The notes: generated from the sequence alone by a model not told the origin. Numbered from the stretch's first letter, positions 35,727-43,225 are shown. The stretch: 46,147 nucleotides of DNA from a virus (IMGVR_UViG_3300049782_000007:1-46147); one strand, 5' to 3'. Numbers and translations: made by a program.

Positions 35727-35786
35727 TGGACAGAGGTTTCTGAGTCGTGCTACCTTCCTTTTGTACCCGAGGGAACAGGCCCGAGG
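35727..35786 (+). promoter_or_regulatory. Cassette promoter TGGACA-N18-TACCTT plus conserved leader
   Basis: Leader CCGAGG-GAACAGGC-CCGAGG at 35767-35786. Confidence 0.7.
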
Positions 35787-35807
35787 GATGCAGCGAGAGG
35801 TAACGCA

Positions 35808-35975
35808 ATGCCGTACATCAAGGATGAAAAGGGAATTCTTTACCCCAAGTATGGACTCTGCGCCGAGTGTGGCGGACGGGGAGAGTTCTTGCACACCGTG
35901 CGGGTGCATAACAAGAGCGTCAAGCCTCTCGCTGTTTACCTCTGCGCAGACGGAATGGACCGGAACAAGCGCTAG
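35808..35975 (+). CDS. Small Cys-containing protein (55 aa), cassette 4
   Basis: CGAGAGG RBS; CAECGG. Confidence 0.7.
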   Translation: MPYIKDEKGILYPKYGLCAECGGRGEFLHTVRVHNKSVKPLAVYLCADGMDRNKR

Positions 35976-36030
35976 TCAGCCTGTGGGGCCTCGGGGAGAC
36001 TTGGGGCCCCTCCCTACGGAAGGGTACGCA

Positions 36031-36282
36031 ATGGATAGAAAATGGTTCCGGCCTGCGCAGGCTGACCCGACCAAACTGGACTGGTTCATCATCAAACTGC
36101 GCCGCGCGATCAAGCAAGGGGAGCATGTCGGGTTCAGCCTCACTCTCGTCAATCAGCCACACGGCGGGGAGGTGACCGAGGACAAGGCCATATTCCCGAA
36201 GATCGAGGATGTGTGGGACATCACGCGCCCTCTGATCTCGGAATTGCGTGAAGAAGGTTGGGAAATGATCCCTCTCAAGTGA
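36031..36282 (+). CDS. Hypothetical protein (83 aa)
   Basis: GGAAGGG RBS before ATG 36031. Confidence 0.65.
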   Translation: MDRKWFRPAQADPTKLDWFIIKLRRAIKQGEHVGFSLTLVNQPHGGEVTEDKAIFPKIEDVWDITRPLISELREEGWEMIPLK

Positions 36283-36307
36283 TCGGCCTCATTCTCTGGG
36301 ATGATCC

Positions 36308-36321
36308 TAGGAACGTTCCTA
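36308..36321. repeat. Palindrome copy 20
   Basis: Exact match. Confidence 0.95.
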
Positions 36322-36330
36322 TGTCAGGTG

Positions 36331-36393
36331 TTGACACGACTAACGATCACCGTGCTATAGTCGTGTCAACGCCGAACGGAACAGGCCGAACGG
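36331..36393 (+). promoter_or_regulatory. Cassette promoter TTGACA-N19-TATAGT plus conserved leader
   Basis: Leader CCGAACGG-AACAGG-CCGAACGG at 36372-36393. Confidence 0.75.
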
Positions 36394-36414
36394 TGAGAAC
36401 GAGAGGAGCAGAGC

Positions 36415-36708
36415 ATGACCGAGAACACCGAAGGGTACAGCCTCCCCGAACTGGCAAAGGTCCGCCGTAGCGGAATGAGGGATCAGGTCCGGCTCACGGG
36501 CGATATTCAGAGCCTCCCTCGTACCCGCCGCAAGGCTAACCCCCTTGGCCGGTCCAAGACCTCACGCGTTCAGGTGACGCGCACGACCGTTCACCTTGAT
36601 CGGCTTCTCCCCGAGGTTCGCGAGATAGTCGAGAAGTTGGCCGCCGAACGGGGAGTTGAACTGATTGACGTTAGGGTCATCAGCGCGTCCGAGGCTATGA
36701 TTCCTTAA
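36415..36708 (+). CDS. Basic hypothetical protein (97 aa), cassette 5
   Basis: CGAGAGGAG RBS. Confidence 0.75.
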   Translation: MTENTEGYSLPELAKVRRSGMRDQVRLTGDIQSLPRTRRKANPLGRSKTSRVQVTRTTVHLDRLLPEVREIVEKLAAERGVELIDVRVISASEAMIP

Positions 36709-36727
36709 CGGCATCATCCCTAAGAAT

Positions 36728-36759
36728 GAAACCCCCTAGGAGCGCCCCTAGGGGGTTTC
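36728..36759. terminator. Hairpin containing a degenerate palindrome (TAGGAGCGCCCCTA)
   Basis: GAAACCCCCTAGG-AGCGCC-CCTAGGGGGTTTC. Confidence 0.7.
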
Positions 36760-36778
36760 CCCATGCTATACTGCGCCC

Positions 36779-37063
36779 ATGAGTGGACGCACTTGGAGCC
36801 GACCGAACCGAGAGGGGATAGCAGTGGCACAGCACGACGCGACCAAGGTTGATAGCTACAACACCAATAATGGGGACCGCGTATTCCGGTACGACGTGAA
36901 CGGCGTCCCCTCAGTTGCGTACATCTACGCGGACCGGTTGCCGCAGTTCCTTTCGTTCGACACCCCGGACGAGGCGGACCGCGTGTTCACACTCTCCCGT
37001 CTCGCTGCGGACAAGCGGGGAAACCTGCGAGAGGTGGAGTCATGGGAGCGTAACTCGGCCTGA
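36779..37063 (+). CDS. Hypothetical protein (leaderless ATG 36779, or a downstream GTG)
   Basis: TG-C-TATACT 6 nt before ATG; terminator 37085-37121. Confidence 0.7.
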   Translation: MSGRTWSRPNREGIAVAQHDATKVDSYNTNNGDRVFRYDVNGVPSVAYIYADRLPQFLSFDTPDEADRVFTLSRLAADKRGNLREVESWERNSA

Positions 37064-37202
37064 CTGCCCCTCTGGCAGCCTCTCGGCCCCGTCTGGCCCT
37101 AGCGGTCCGGCGGGGCCTTTTCATGCCCTTAGACAGGCGCACAGGCGTTATCACGTAGGGTAATTGCCGACTTTACCCTCCGCGTTGTGGTCTACGTCAC
37201 CC

Positions 37203-37216
37203 TAGGAACGTTCCTA
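37203..37216. repeat. Palindrome copy 21
   Basis: Exact match. Confidence 0.95.
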
Positions 37217-37221
37217 GGTGG

Positions 37222-37282
37222 TTGCGCTCGGGCTTGCTTCGGGGTTACTGTTCTTCCACACCGAACGGAACAGGCCGAACGG
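37222..37282 (+). promoter_or_regulatory. Cassette promoter TTGCGC-N18-TACTGT plus conserved leader
   Basis: Leader identical to 36372-36393 over 23 nt. Confidence 0.72.
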
Positions 37283-37302
37283 TAACCGAAAGGAAGGCTC
37301 AC

Positions 37303-37824
37303 GTGAGCGAGAACGAAAACACCACCGAGGGTCACAAGACCAAGACCAAGGCCATGATCGCGGGTGGTGTCGCCCTGGTTGGCCTCGGTGCCTTCCTTGG
37401 CAATGGTGGCGAGATTCCCGCCCCTGGCGCCACGGTTCCGGCCCCGAGTGTCCCCGCCCCCGCGCTGTCGCCCTCGGTTGCGCAGATTGCCCCGGCGGCC
37501 CCGCAGGCTCCGCAGATCGCTCCCCAGGTGCCGCAGATTGTCCCGCAGGCTCCGCAGGTTCCGGCCCCGGTTCCCTCGTGGGAGATCCCGACGCAAGCCC
37601 CGGCCACCGAGTTTGTGACCGTGACTCCGAAGCCTGGCGAGACGGTTACCGTTTACGTCACGGTGACTCCGACCCCCAAGCCCAAGGAGACGATTTCCGA
37701 AATTCCCACATCAACCAAGCCCTCCCCCTCGGACACCACGATCACGGCATCCCCTAGCGATTCGCAGGTTCCGACCCCGATTCCCACTTGGGTTCCGAGT
37801 CCGCAACCGCACCCGCACCCGTAA
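37303..37824 (+). CDS. Membrane-anchored Pro/Thr/Gln-rich protein (173 aa), cassette 6
   Basis: One TM helix, PQIAPQVPQ repeats, TVTVYVTVTP; terminator 37833-37856. Confidence 0.8.
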   Translation: MSENENTTEGHKTKTKAMIAGGVALVGLGAFLGNGGEIPAPGATVPAPSVPAPALSPSVAQIAPAAPQAPQIAPQVPQIVPQAPQVPAPVPSWEIPTQAPATEFVTVTPKPGETVTVYVTVTPTPKPKETISEIPTSTKPSPSDTTITASPSDSQVPTPIPTWVPSPQPHPHP

Positions 37825-37869
37825 CACAACAAGGGGCCTCGGGAAACCGGGGCCCCTCCCATGTCAACA

Positions 37870-37883
37870 TAGGAACGTTCCTA
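37870..37883. repeat. Palindrome copy 22
   Basis: Exact match. Confidence 0.95.
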
Positions 37884-38157
37884 TGTGGGACGCTAAAGCC
37901 TTGCGGTCTACGCGCATTGACGCCTCCGCTGTCTAGACCAAGGTGCAGCGCCACGCCAAAGCATGAAGGTTTATGACCTAAACGTGACATGGATCACACT
38001 TTGTCAGCACAACCTCATTCAGTAACCGGATCGTTACCTTCCGCACTCTACAAAATGTGTACGGAGCGTGGAGAATTTACTTACTTGTTCGACGGCTGGT
38101 TCTGTTCGAACATGTGTTTGCGCCACGGGGGCGCTCATGCAAGAGGGGTGGTGCTGT

Positions 38158-38544
38158 ATGTCCATAGATGAGAGGACTCGAATCGACGCGATTGTTGACC
38201 TTTGGGTAGAGGTCAGCGACGACGGGACGACATGGAGACGGTCCGAGCGTGTGGACACCGCGCAGGAGACCGGACGTGACTGCCGAGAATTGCGCGCGAT
38301 TCTCGCCACGTACGTTGCCGTCATGGAAGCGACAGGAAGCCGTCTGACGCCCGTTCGGAACTGGTTCCGAGTAGTCATGCAGGGAGCCGAGTCGGGAACC
38401 GTTCTGGCCGTGGTGCCACGCCACTGGAACGCCGCCGAGCGCCGCTACGAGATCACCGGAGGTGAATGGATGATCACGGACTACTCCACGGCCTACCAAG
38501 CGTGGTGCTTGAACCTCGTCCGCACCCGGCTCACAGCGGCCTGA
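38158..38544 (+). CDS. Hypothetical protein (128 aa)
   Basis: GAGGGG RBS; hairpin 38570-38607 downstream. Confidence 0.65.
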   Translation: MSIDERTRIDAIVDLWVEVSDDGTTWRRSERVDTAQETGRDCRELRAILATYVAVMEATGSRLTPVRNWFRVVMQGAESGTVLAVVPRHWNAAERRYEITGGEWMITDYSTAYQAWCLNLVRTRLTAA

Positions 38545-38623
38545 CGGAAGTACCTAACCCCCCACCAGAAACCGACCCTGGACCCTATGTTGGGACCGGG
38601 GTCGGTTCCGTATGCTGCGTCCC

Positions 38624-38881
38624 ATGGCAGAGCAGAAGCGCGGACACGAGGAATACAGCGGCACCAAGGCCGAGGTCATCGCAGAGCTTGAGGACCGGGC
38701 CAAGGGGTGGCACCACATGGCCAGCGACCGCAAGGCAGAGAGGGCCCGTGAAGCGGCCCAGAGTGTCAGGGACGGCTCGTTCTCGGTCAAGGTCGGAAAC
38801 ACGATTTTCACCGTGACGGATGACGCTGTACCAGACCAGCGCGAACCCCGTGACGAAACGGCGGACAAGACTGTTTCGTAG
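38624..38881 (+). CDS. Hypothetical protein (85 aa), probably leaderless
   Basis: TATGCT 7 nt before ATG. Confidence 0.7.
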   Translation: MAEQKRGHEEYSGTKAEVIAELEDRAKGWHHMASDRKAERAREAAQSVRDGSFSVKVGNTIFTVTDDAVPDQREPRDETADKTVS

Positions 38882-38943
38882 GCGTAGCCTGTGACCAAGC
38901 GCACAACCTGACAGGTGATCACCTCACCCAAGGACAACCAAAC

Positions 38944-39246
38944 ATGACCCCAGCGGACCGCGCATCACACGCGCGGGGAAGGTCGCTGCCGATCGAGTGG
39001 GGGGCACTCCCACCGAACGCGCCTAGCCGTCCTTCCCCGTACCCACGAGATGGAAGGACGGCTCAAGTGCTTTCCAGCGAGTACGACTACGCGACGTACG
39101 CACCTCCGGGCACCAGGTGCGCCGCGTGCGGCCAGTGCATCGAGCCCGATCAAGTAGCTCGCCGCGCCACAACCGATCGAACTTCAGCCGGTCCCGCTAT
39201 GTCCTACCGGCACCTCCCCAAGGACTGCCCGAAGGAACAGCCGTGA
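38944..39246 (+). CDS. Hypothetical protein (100 aa, CAAC..H..C)
   Basis: AAGGA RBS. Confidence 0.6.
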   Translation: MTPADRASHARGRSLPIEWGALPPNAPSRPSPYPRDGRTAQVLSSEYDYATYAPPGTRCAACGQCIEPDQVARRATTDRTSAGPAMSYRHLPKDCPKEQP

Positions 39247-39482
39247 TGGCCCCGCAAAGGCGCGTGAGCGCCCGTGTGAGCGCCTTACCGGCCCCGGAGC
39301 TAGTCAGCCTGCCGGACGGCCCCATAGACCCTCAGACGGCCGTTCAGGCCCCTTGGTGGGCCGAGTACGGCGGAGTGCTCGACGCGTCCGGAACAGTCCG
39401 GTTTCCCCGGCACGCACTCCCCCGGTGCCGTTTCGACCCGTGTCCCGTGTGTGACCGGCGGAGGCGTAATGTACCGCTGTGA
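39246..39482 (+). CDS. Hypothetical protein (78 aa, CRFDPCPVC)
   Basis: TGATG coupling. Confidence 0.55.
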   Translation: MAPQRRVSARVSALPAPELVSLPDGPIDPQTAVQAPWWAEYGGVLDASGTVRFPRHALPRCRFDPCPVCDRRRRNVPL

Positions 39483-39888
39483 AGCACGGACACTGCTCGC
39501 CGATGAAGTAGAGCGAGCGGCACGGTTGATCCCGTCGCCGGTCGACAGGGTCGAATGGGCGCGCACGGATGAGGTATTCCGCTGCAAGCTGGAGGACGAA
39601 GCTCACGCCTACCACGCCGCTTTTCTGCGTTCCGGAACCTCGCTAGACCCGTGCATGGACGTCTTCCTCTGCTGGCGGGACCCGGAAGGCCAGCAATGGC
39701 TAGAGGATGCCGAAGTGTGCCTCAAGAAAAAGGGCGACCACCCGATGGGTGTGGGTTGCACAATCTTCAAAGATCATCCCGGCCGGTGTGACTGGGGGTA
39801 CATAGACCCGGTCCAGGTGGCCACGTTGGCTCAGGCCGATCAGCTACGCCAGGAATGGGGGTATGCGCAGTGGTCACCAAGAGCATGA
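39469..39888 (+). CDS. Cys/His-rich hypothetical protein (139 aa)
   Basis: GGAGG RBS; C..C.L...H...H...C...C....HPGRC. Confidence 0.7.
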   Translation: MYRCEARTLLADEVERAARLIPSPVDRVEWARTDEVFRCKLEDEAHAYHAAFLRSGTSLDPCMDVFLCWRDPEGQQWLEDAEVCLKKKGDHPMGVGCTIFKDHPGRCDWGYIDPVQVATLAQADQLRQEWGYAQWSPRA

Positions 39889-40070
39889 TCGGACAGCGGG
39901 TGACGGACGGGGAAGACGTAGGAATCCTCATGGCCATAGAGCCGCAGTGGACCGATCCGGCGTCACCTCCGTGGGCGCGTAAGACGTACAGCCTCGCATT
40001 CGTCCGGCCAGTAAGGGGAGGCGCGGAATGGACGGTGGACCCGAGCGAGCTAAGGCCCGTCCCCGCGTGA
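39885..40070 (+). CDS. Hypothetical protein (61 aa, SH3-like pattern)
   Basis: ATGA coupling; AFVRPVRGGAEW. Confidence 0.65.
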   Translation: MIGQRVTDGEDVGILMAIEPQWTDPASPPWARKTYSLAFVRPVRGGAEWTVDPSELRPVPA

Positions 40071-40464
40071 TCGCGGTCCGAGGTCGGTCCGCCTAGGTTC
40101 CGGCCACCGTGACTGCGGCGGTGCAGCGCGGTGGCCGGTCGCCCTCGCGGGTTGGTCCAGCCTCTGACCCGCAAGGAAGGGGAGACCCCCGACTGATCTC
40201 TGGTCGGGGGCTCCTGCATCTCAAAATTTGGGGTACCACACCCCGTGTTGTTCGCTATACTGACAGTGCACGCCCGGTAGGGACACATGGTGGTTATTGG
40301 TACCGGGACCGCTGATCCTCGCGGTTCTCCTCCTCCTCACCCCCTGCCGGGCGTGCACGCTCCCCGCTGGTGAGGGTATGCATGACCGGTCGGCCGACCT
40401 GCGAATGTCTCCCAACACCCAGAGGTGACGTGCCCGCGACTGGACGCTTTCGCGGGACGGAGCA

Positions 40465-40497
40465 GAGCCCCCAGGGTTGATCACCTGGGGGCTTTTT
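40465..40497 (+). terminator. Intrinsic terminator upstream of the integrase
   Basis: AGCCCCCAGG...CCTGGGGGCT followed by TTTT. Confidence 0.75.
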
Positions 40498-40574
40498 AAT
40501 GTCTTGCCGCAGGTCAGAGCCAAGGTTATTGTGGTGCTCAACCTCCGGGGTGGTTGTGAACCCTAATCGGCTCA

Positions 40575-40590
40575 CTTAACGGCCTCACTC
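40575..40590 (+). promoter_or_regulatory. CTTAAC box g (CTTAACGGCCTCACTC), preceded by an overlapping degenerate copy 40562-40577
   Basis: Motif copy upstream of the integrase. Confidence 0.6.
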
Positions 40591-40625
40591 GGAGGGGTGC
40601 AGACACCCAAAGACCGAGGTGAGAC

Positions 40626-42296
40626 ATGGATCAGATCAGGTGGACCGGTGCTGACGACTCGTCAGAGATCAAATACGTAGACCTACTGTGCCGTAAGTCG
40701 AAAGTACTCTCTGAAGGCGACCGACTACGGGAAGTAAGCACTGACGAACAAGAGCGGCAGGGACGCGCATGGGCCGCACGCAACGGATACACGGTCCGGC
40801 ACGTCTGGCGAGAGCTTGGATCCGCGTACAAGGAGCGACAGCGCAAGGAATTTGAGGGCGCGCTAGAAGCAATCATGTCCGGCAAGTCACAAGCGCTGTG
40901 GGTTTACATGCTGGACCGTTTCTCACGCAAGGGTGCGGAAGATGTCCTCAAGGTCATCGGCAAGGCGCGCGTGATCTTTGACTGGGACCGACTGGACAGC
41001 ATGGACGACCGGGACCGCGAGCGGATCATCAGTGAGGCAGAACGCGCACGTACCTACTCCGCACGTCTGAGTGCCCGCGTAACTGACATCAAGCGCTCAA
41101 ACCGAGATCATGGCGAATGGGTGAGCGGATGGCCGCCATTTGGCCTAGTGGTCGGCAAGGATCGCCACCTGTACCCGGATACTTCCCCGGCCGCCCCCGG
41201 CATGACAGAAACCCGTGCGGACGTGATGAAGGAGCTATTCCGGCTGTCGGCCCTCGGCGCGTCCGCCAAGGACCTTGCCAAAGCCCTTGAAGCAAAGGGA
41301 GTCCCCCACTGCTCGTACAAGGACGGAGAGTGGGTGCCGGATGGAAAGCGGTGGGTCCCTACCACGCTCCGCCGCTGGATTACCAACCCTGTATATGCTG
41401 GATGGCAGATAATCCACCTCAAACCTGAAAACGGAGGTCGAAACAAAACCGTCGTATACCGAAACCCCAGAGGTGAACGGGTACGCGTAATTCCCGAGGG
41501 AATGGAGATAGTGACCGACGAAGAACAGGCAGCGGCCATAGCGGGCAACGGTGCTGAGGGGCGCGCGTTTGACGCTGTCAGGAAGGATGCGAACGGCAAG
41601 GGTCTTCCCTGGGGAGGTTCCACCGGCCCCCGCGAACGAGGAAAGCCGGTACATATCCTCACCGGGCTACTGGAGTGTGATAGCTGCGGCCGGAACATGT
41701 TCTTCACTGGCGAAAGCTACGTGTGTGGTTCCACACAGGGTGGCTCAATCTGCCCAAGACCTGCACGCGTAACCGGCAAGGCCATTGAGCCGTACGTGTT
41801 CCATCGCTGGCGCGCGTACATCACGAACAGCGCCGAAGATGATGACCTGTTGGCAATCATCTCAGAGCGGTGGTCCAAGATCGAGCGTCCCGAGGAAACG
41901 GCCGAAGCTGAACAGGCACGTCGGACGTTCAAGGCTGCGGAGAGAGCTCTGGGCCAACTACTGCAAGACAAACGCGATGGGCTCTATGACGGCCCCGCCG
42001 CACAGTTCTTCCGACCGGCACACAGGAAGGCGGTGGCGGACGTGCAAGAGGCGGAACGAGCACTTGCCGAGTTTGGCGGAATTCGGGTGGATATCTCGTT
42101 CCTCCTGGAACCCGACAAGGTCACCGAGTATTGGGAGAAACTGCACTACAACAAGGCCAAACAGCGCGAACTGCTTGGATGCGTCATCGATCGAATTTAC
42201 GTGAAACCGGCCCCGTACATAGGTGCGCGGTTCGACGGAGAAAAGCGAGTACGCTTCTTGTGGGCAGATGAGAACACGGAAGCGGATGTGAGCTAG
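40626..42296 (+). CDS. int: Large serine integrase
   Basis: LCRKS catalytic Ser, SAYK..R.EFE, LDRFSR, PPFG, NPVYAG recombinase domain, LTGLLECDSCG Zn ribbon, coiled coil. Confidence 0.95.
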   Translation: MDQIRWTGADDSSEIKYVDLLCRKSKVLSEGDRLREVSTDEQERQGRAWAARNGYTVRHVWRELGSAYKERQRKEFEGALEAIMSGKSQALWVYMLDRFSRKGAEDVLKVIGKARVIFDWDRLDSMDDRDRERIISEAERARTYSARLSARVTDIKRSNRDHGEWVSGWPPFGLVVGKDRHLYPDTSPAAPGMTETRADVMKELFRLSALGASAKDLAKALEAKGVPHCSYKDGEWVPDGKRWVPTTLRRWITNPVYAGWQIIHLKPENGGRNKTVVYRNPRGERVRVIPEGMEIVTDEEQAAAIAGNGAEGRAFDAVRKDANGKGLPWGGSTGPRERGKPVHILTGLLECDSCGRNMFFTGESYVCGSTQGGSICPRPARVTGKAIEPYVFHRWRAYITNSAEDDDLLAIISERWSKIERPEETAEAEQARRTFKAAERALGQLLQDKRDGLYDGPAAQFFRPAHRKAVADVQEAERALAEFGGIRVDISFLLEPDKVTEYWEKLHYNKAKQRELLGCVIDRIYVKPAPYIGARFDGEKRVRFLWADENTEADVS

Positions 42297-42306
42297 CCCA
42301 CACCTA

Positions 42307-42346
42307 GGGGCCACAGGGGTTCGCCCTTGTGGCCCCTTTTTTCTTT
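42307..42346 (+). terminator. Intrinsic terminator after the integrase
   Basis: GGGGCCACAGGGG-TTCG-CCCTTGTGGCCCC followed by a T-tract. Confidence 0.85.
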
Positions 42347-42415
42347 GTAGCGCTTTGCGCCAACACAGCGGGGAAGGGATCGACACTCACCGCACCCCCT
42401 CTGACCTGGGACGAT

Positions 42416-42507
42416 GTTGTGAGTGTTGATTCTGATCCCAAGATGAGGTTGCACTATGGAACTCTATAGGCCAACCCAAATCAGGGTTCGCAATCGACAC
42501 TCGACAC
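42416..42507. repeat. 92-bp dyad element, copy 2
   Basis: 67/92 identity to 22461-22552, same orientation. Confidence 0.85.
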
Positions 42508-42526
42508 CCTTCCCCGCTGTCGGCCG

Positions 42527-42542
42527 CTTAACCGACTCACTC
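42527..42542 (+). promoter_or_regulatory. CTTAAC box h (CTTAACCGACTCACTC), candidate tRNA/late promoter
   Basis: Identical to box d; upstream of the tRNA cluster. Confidence 0.7.
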
Positions 42543-42652
42543 TCTAGAGAGTGGCGGGGAGGATGCCGCACGCTTAGCCGGTGGTCTGAGCACTCCCCTG
42601 GCCTACGCGTGGACTCCCGGCCCTCTCCTCCGGTTGAGCCGCGTAGGCCCTT

Positions 42653-42723
42653 GTCCCCGTGGTGTAGCGGCAGCATGACAGGTTCTCACCCTGTCGGTAG
42701 GGGTTCAACTCCCCTCGGGGGTA
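42653..42723 (+). tRNA. tRNA-Glu(CTC)
   Basis: Cloverleaf; ACAGG-TTCTCAC-CCTGT; GGTTCAACTCC. Confidence 0.88.
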
Positions 42724-42773
42724 CGCAGGGAAGACACACTGATTGGCAATTGAGGGTTCTCGACCGGGGTGCG

Positions 42774-42965
42774 TCATGATTCAGGTTGGTTACCTGAATC
42801 AATTCGGTGAATTTGGATAAGGAAGTCTACGTCTGCGATGTGCATGTTCCAGTTTCCATGCTCGCGATAGTGCTTGCGGAAGTGGTCAGCAATGGCGTTG
42901 AGGTCGTAGACTCCTTTCCGGTCCTCTGTTAGTTGTTCTGCAATCCTGTATGCCAAGTCTGTCAT
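42774..42965 (-). CDS. Hypothetical protein (63 aa), leaderless, antisense within the tRNA cluster
   Basis: TACAAT 6 nt before ATG; hairpin 42776-42801. Confidence 0.7.
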   Translation of the reverse strand: MTDLAYRIAEQLTEDRKGVYDLNAIADHFRKHYREHGNWNMHIADVDFLIQIHRIDSGNQPES

Positions 42966-42982
42966 GCTGGAATTGTAGCGTT

Positions 42983-43055
42983 GATTCCGTAGCTCAGTTG
43001 GTAGAGCGGGGGGCTCTTAATCCCCGCGTCGTAGGTTCGAGTCCTACCGGAATCA
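42983..43055 (+). tRNA. tRNA-Lys(CTT)
   Basis: Canonical cloverleaf; loop CTCTTAA. Confidence 0.93.
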
Positions 43056-43057
43056 CT

Positions 43058-43133
43058 TTGCGCGTAGCTCAGTTGGTAGAGCCTCGGTCTGATACACCGA
43101 AGGTCGCCGGTTCAATTCCGGTCGCGCAAACCA
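43058..43133 (+). tRNA. tRNA-Ile(GAT)
   Basis: Loop CTGATAC; encoded CCA. Confidence 0.93.
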
Positions 43134-43136
43134 CGT

Positions 43137-43221
43137 GGAAGGTTGGCAGAGCGGTAATGCGAGGGCTTGCTACGCCCTAGCCGGGTTTCGGCCCGCGTAG
43201 GTTCGATTCCTACACCTTCCG
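43137..43221 (+). tRNA. tRNA-Ser(GCT)
   Basis: Loop TTGCTAC; long variable arm; G73. Confidence 0.9.
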
Positions 43222-43225
43222 CTTT

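Noticed and set aside
34672-37883. CRISPR array suggested by repeated palindromes plus a Cas4-like gene
   Set aside because: Spacing is hundreds of bp and contains whole genes; no cas1/cas2; Cas4-like exonucleases are ordinary actinophage genes
40264-40428. Hydrophobic reading frame (WWLLVPGPLILAVLLLL) after a TATACT -10
   Set aside because: No suitable start codon or RBS in frame; could be a decayed gene but cannot be supported
40500-40565. attP directly upstream of int as in phiC31
   Set aside because: Only short GGTT/AACC symmetries are visible; no convincing ~50-bp imperfect inverted repeat, so attP is left unassigned
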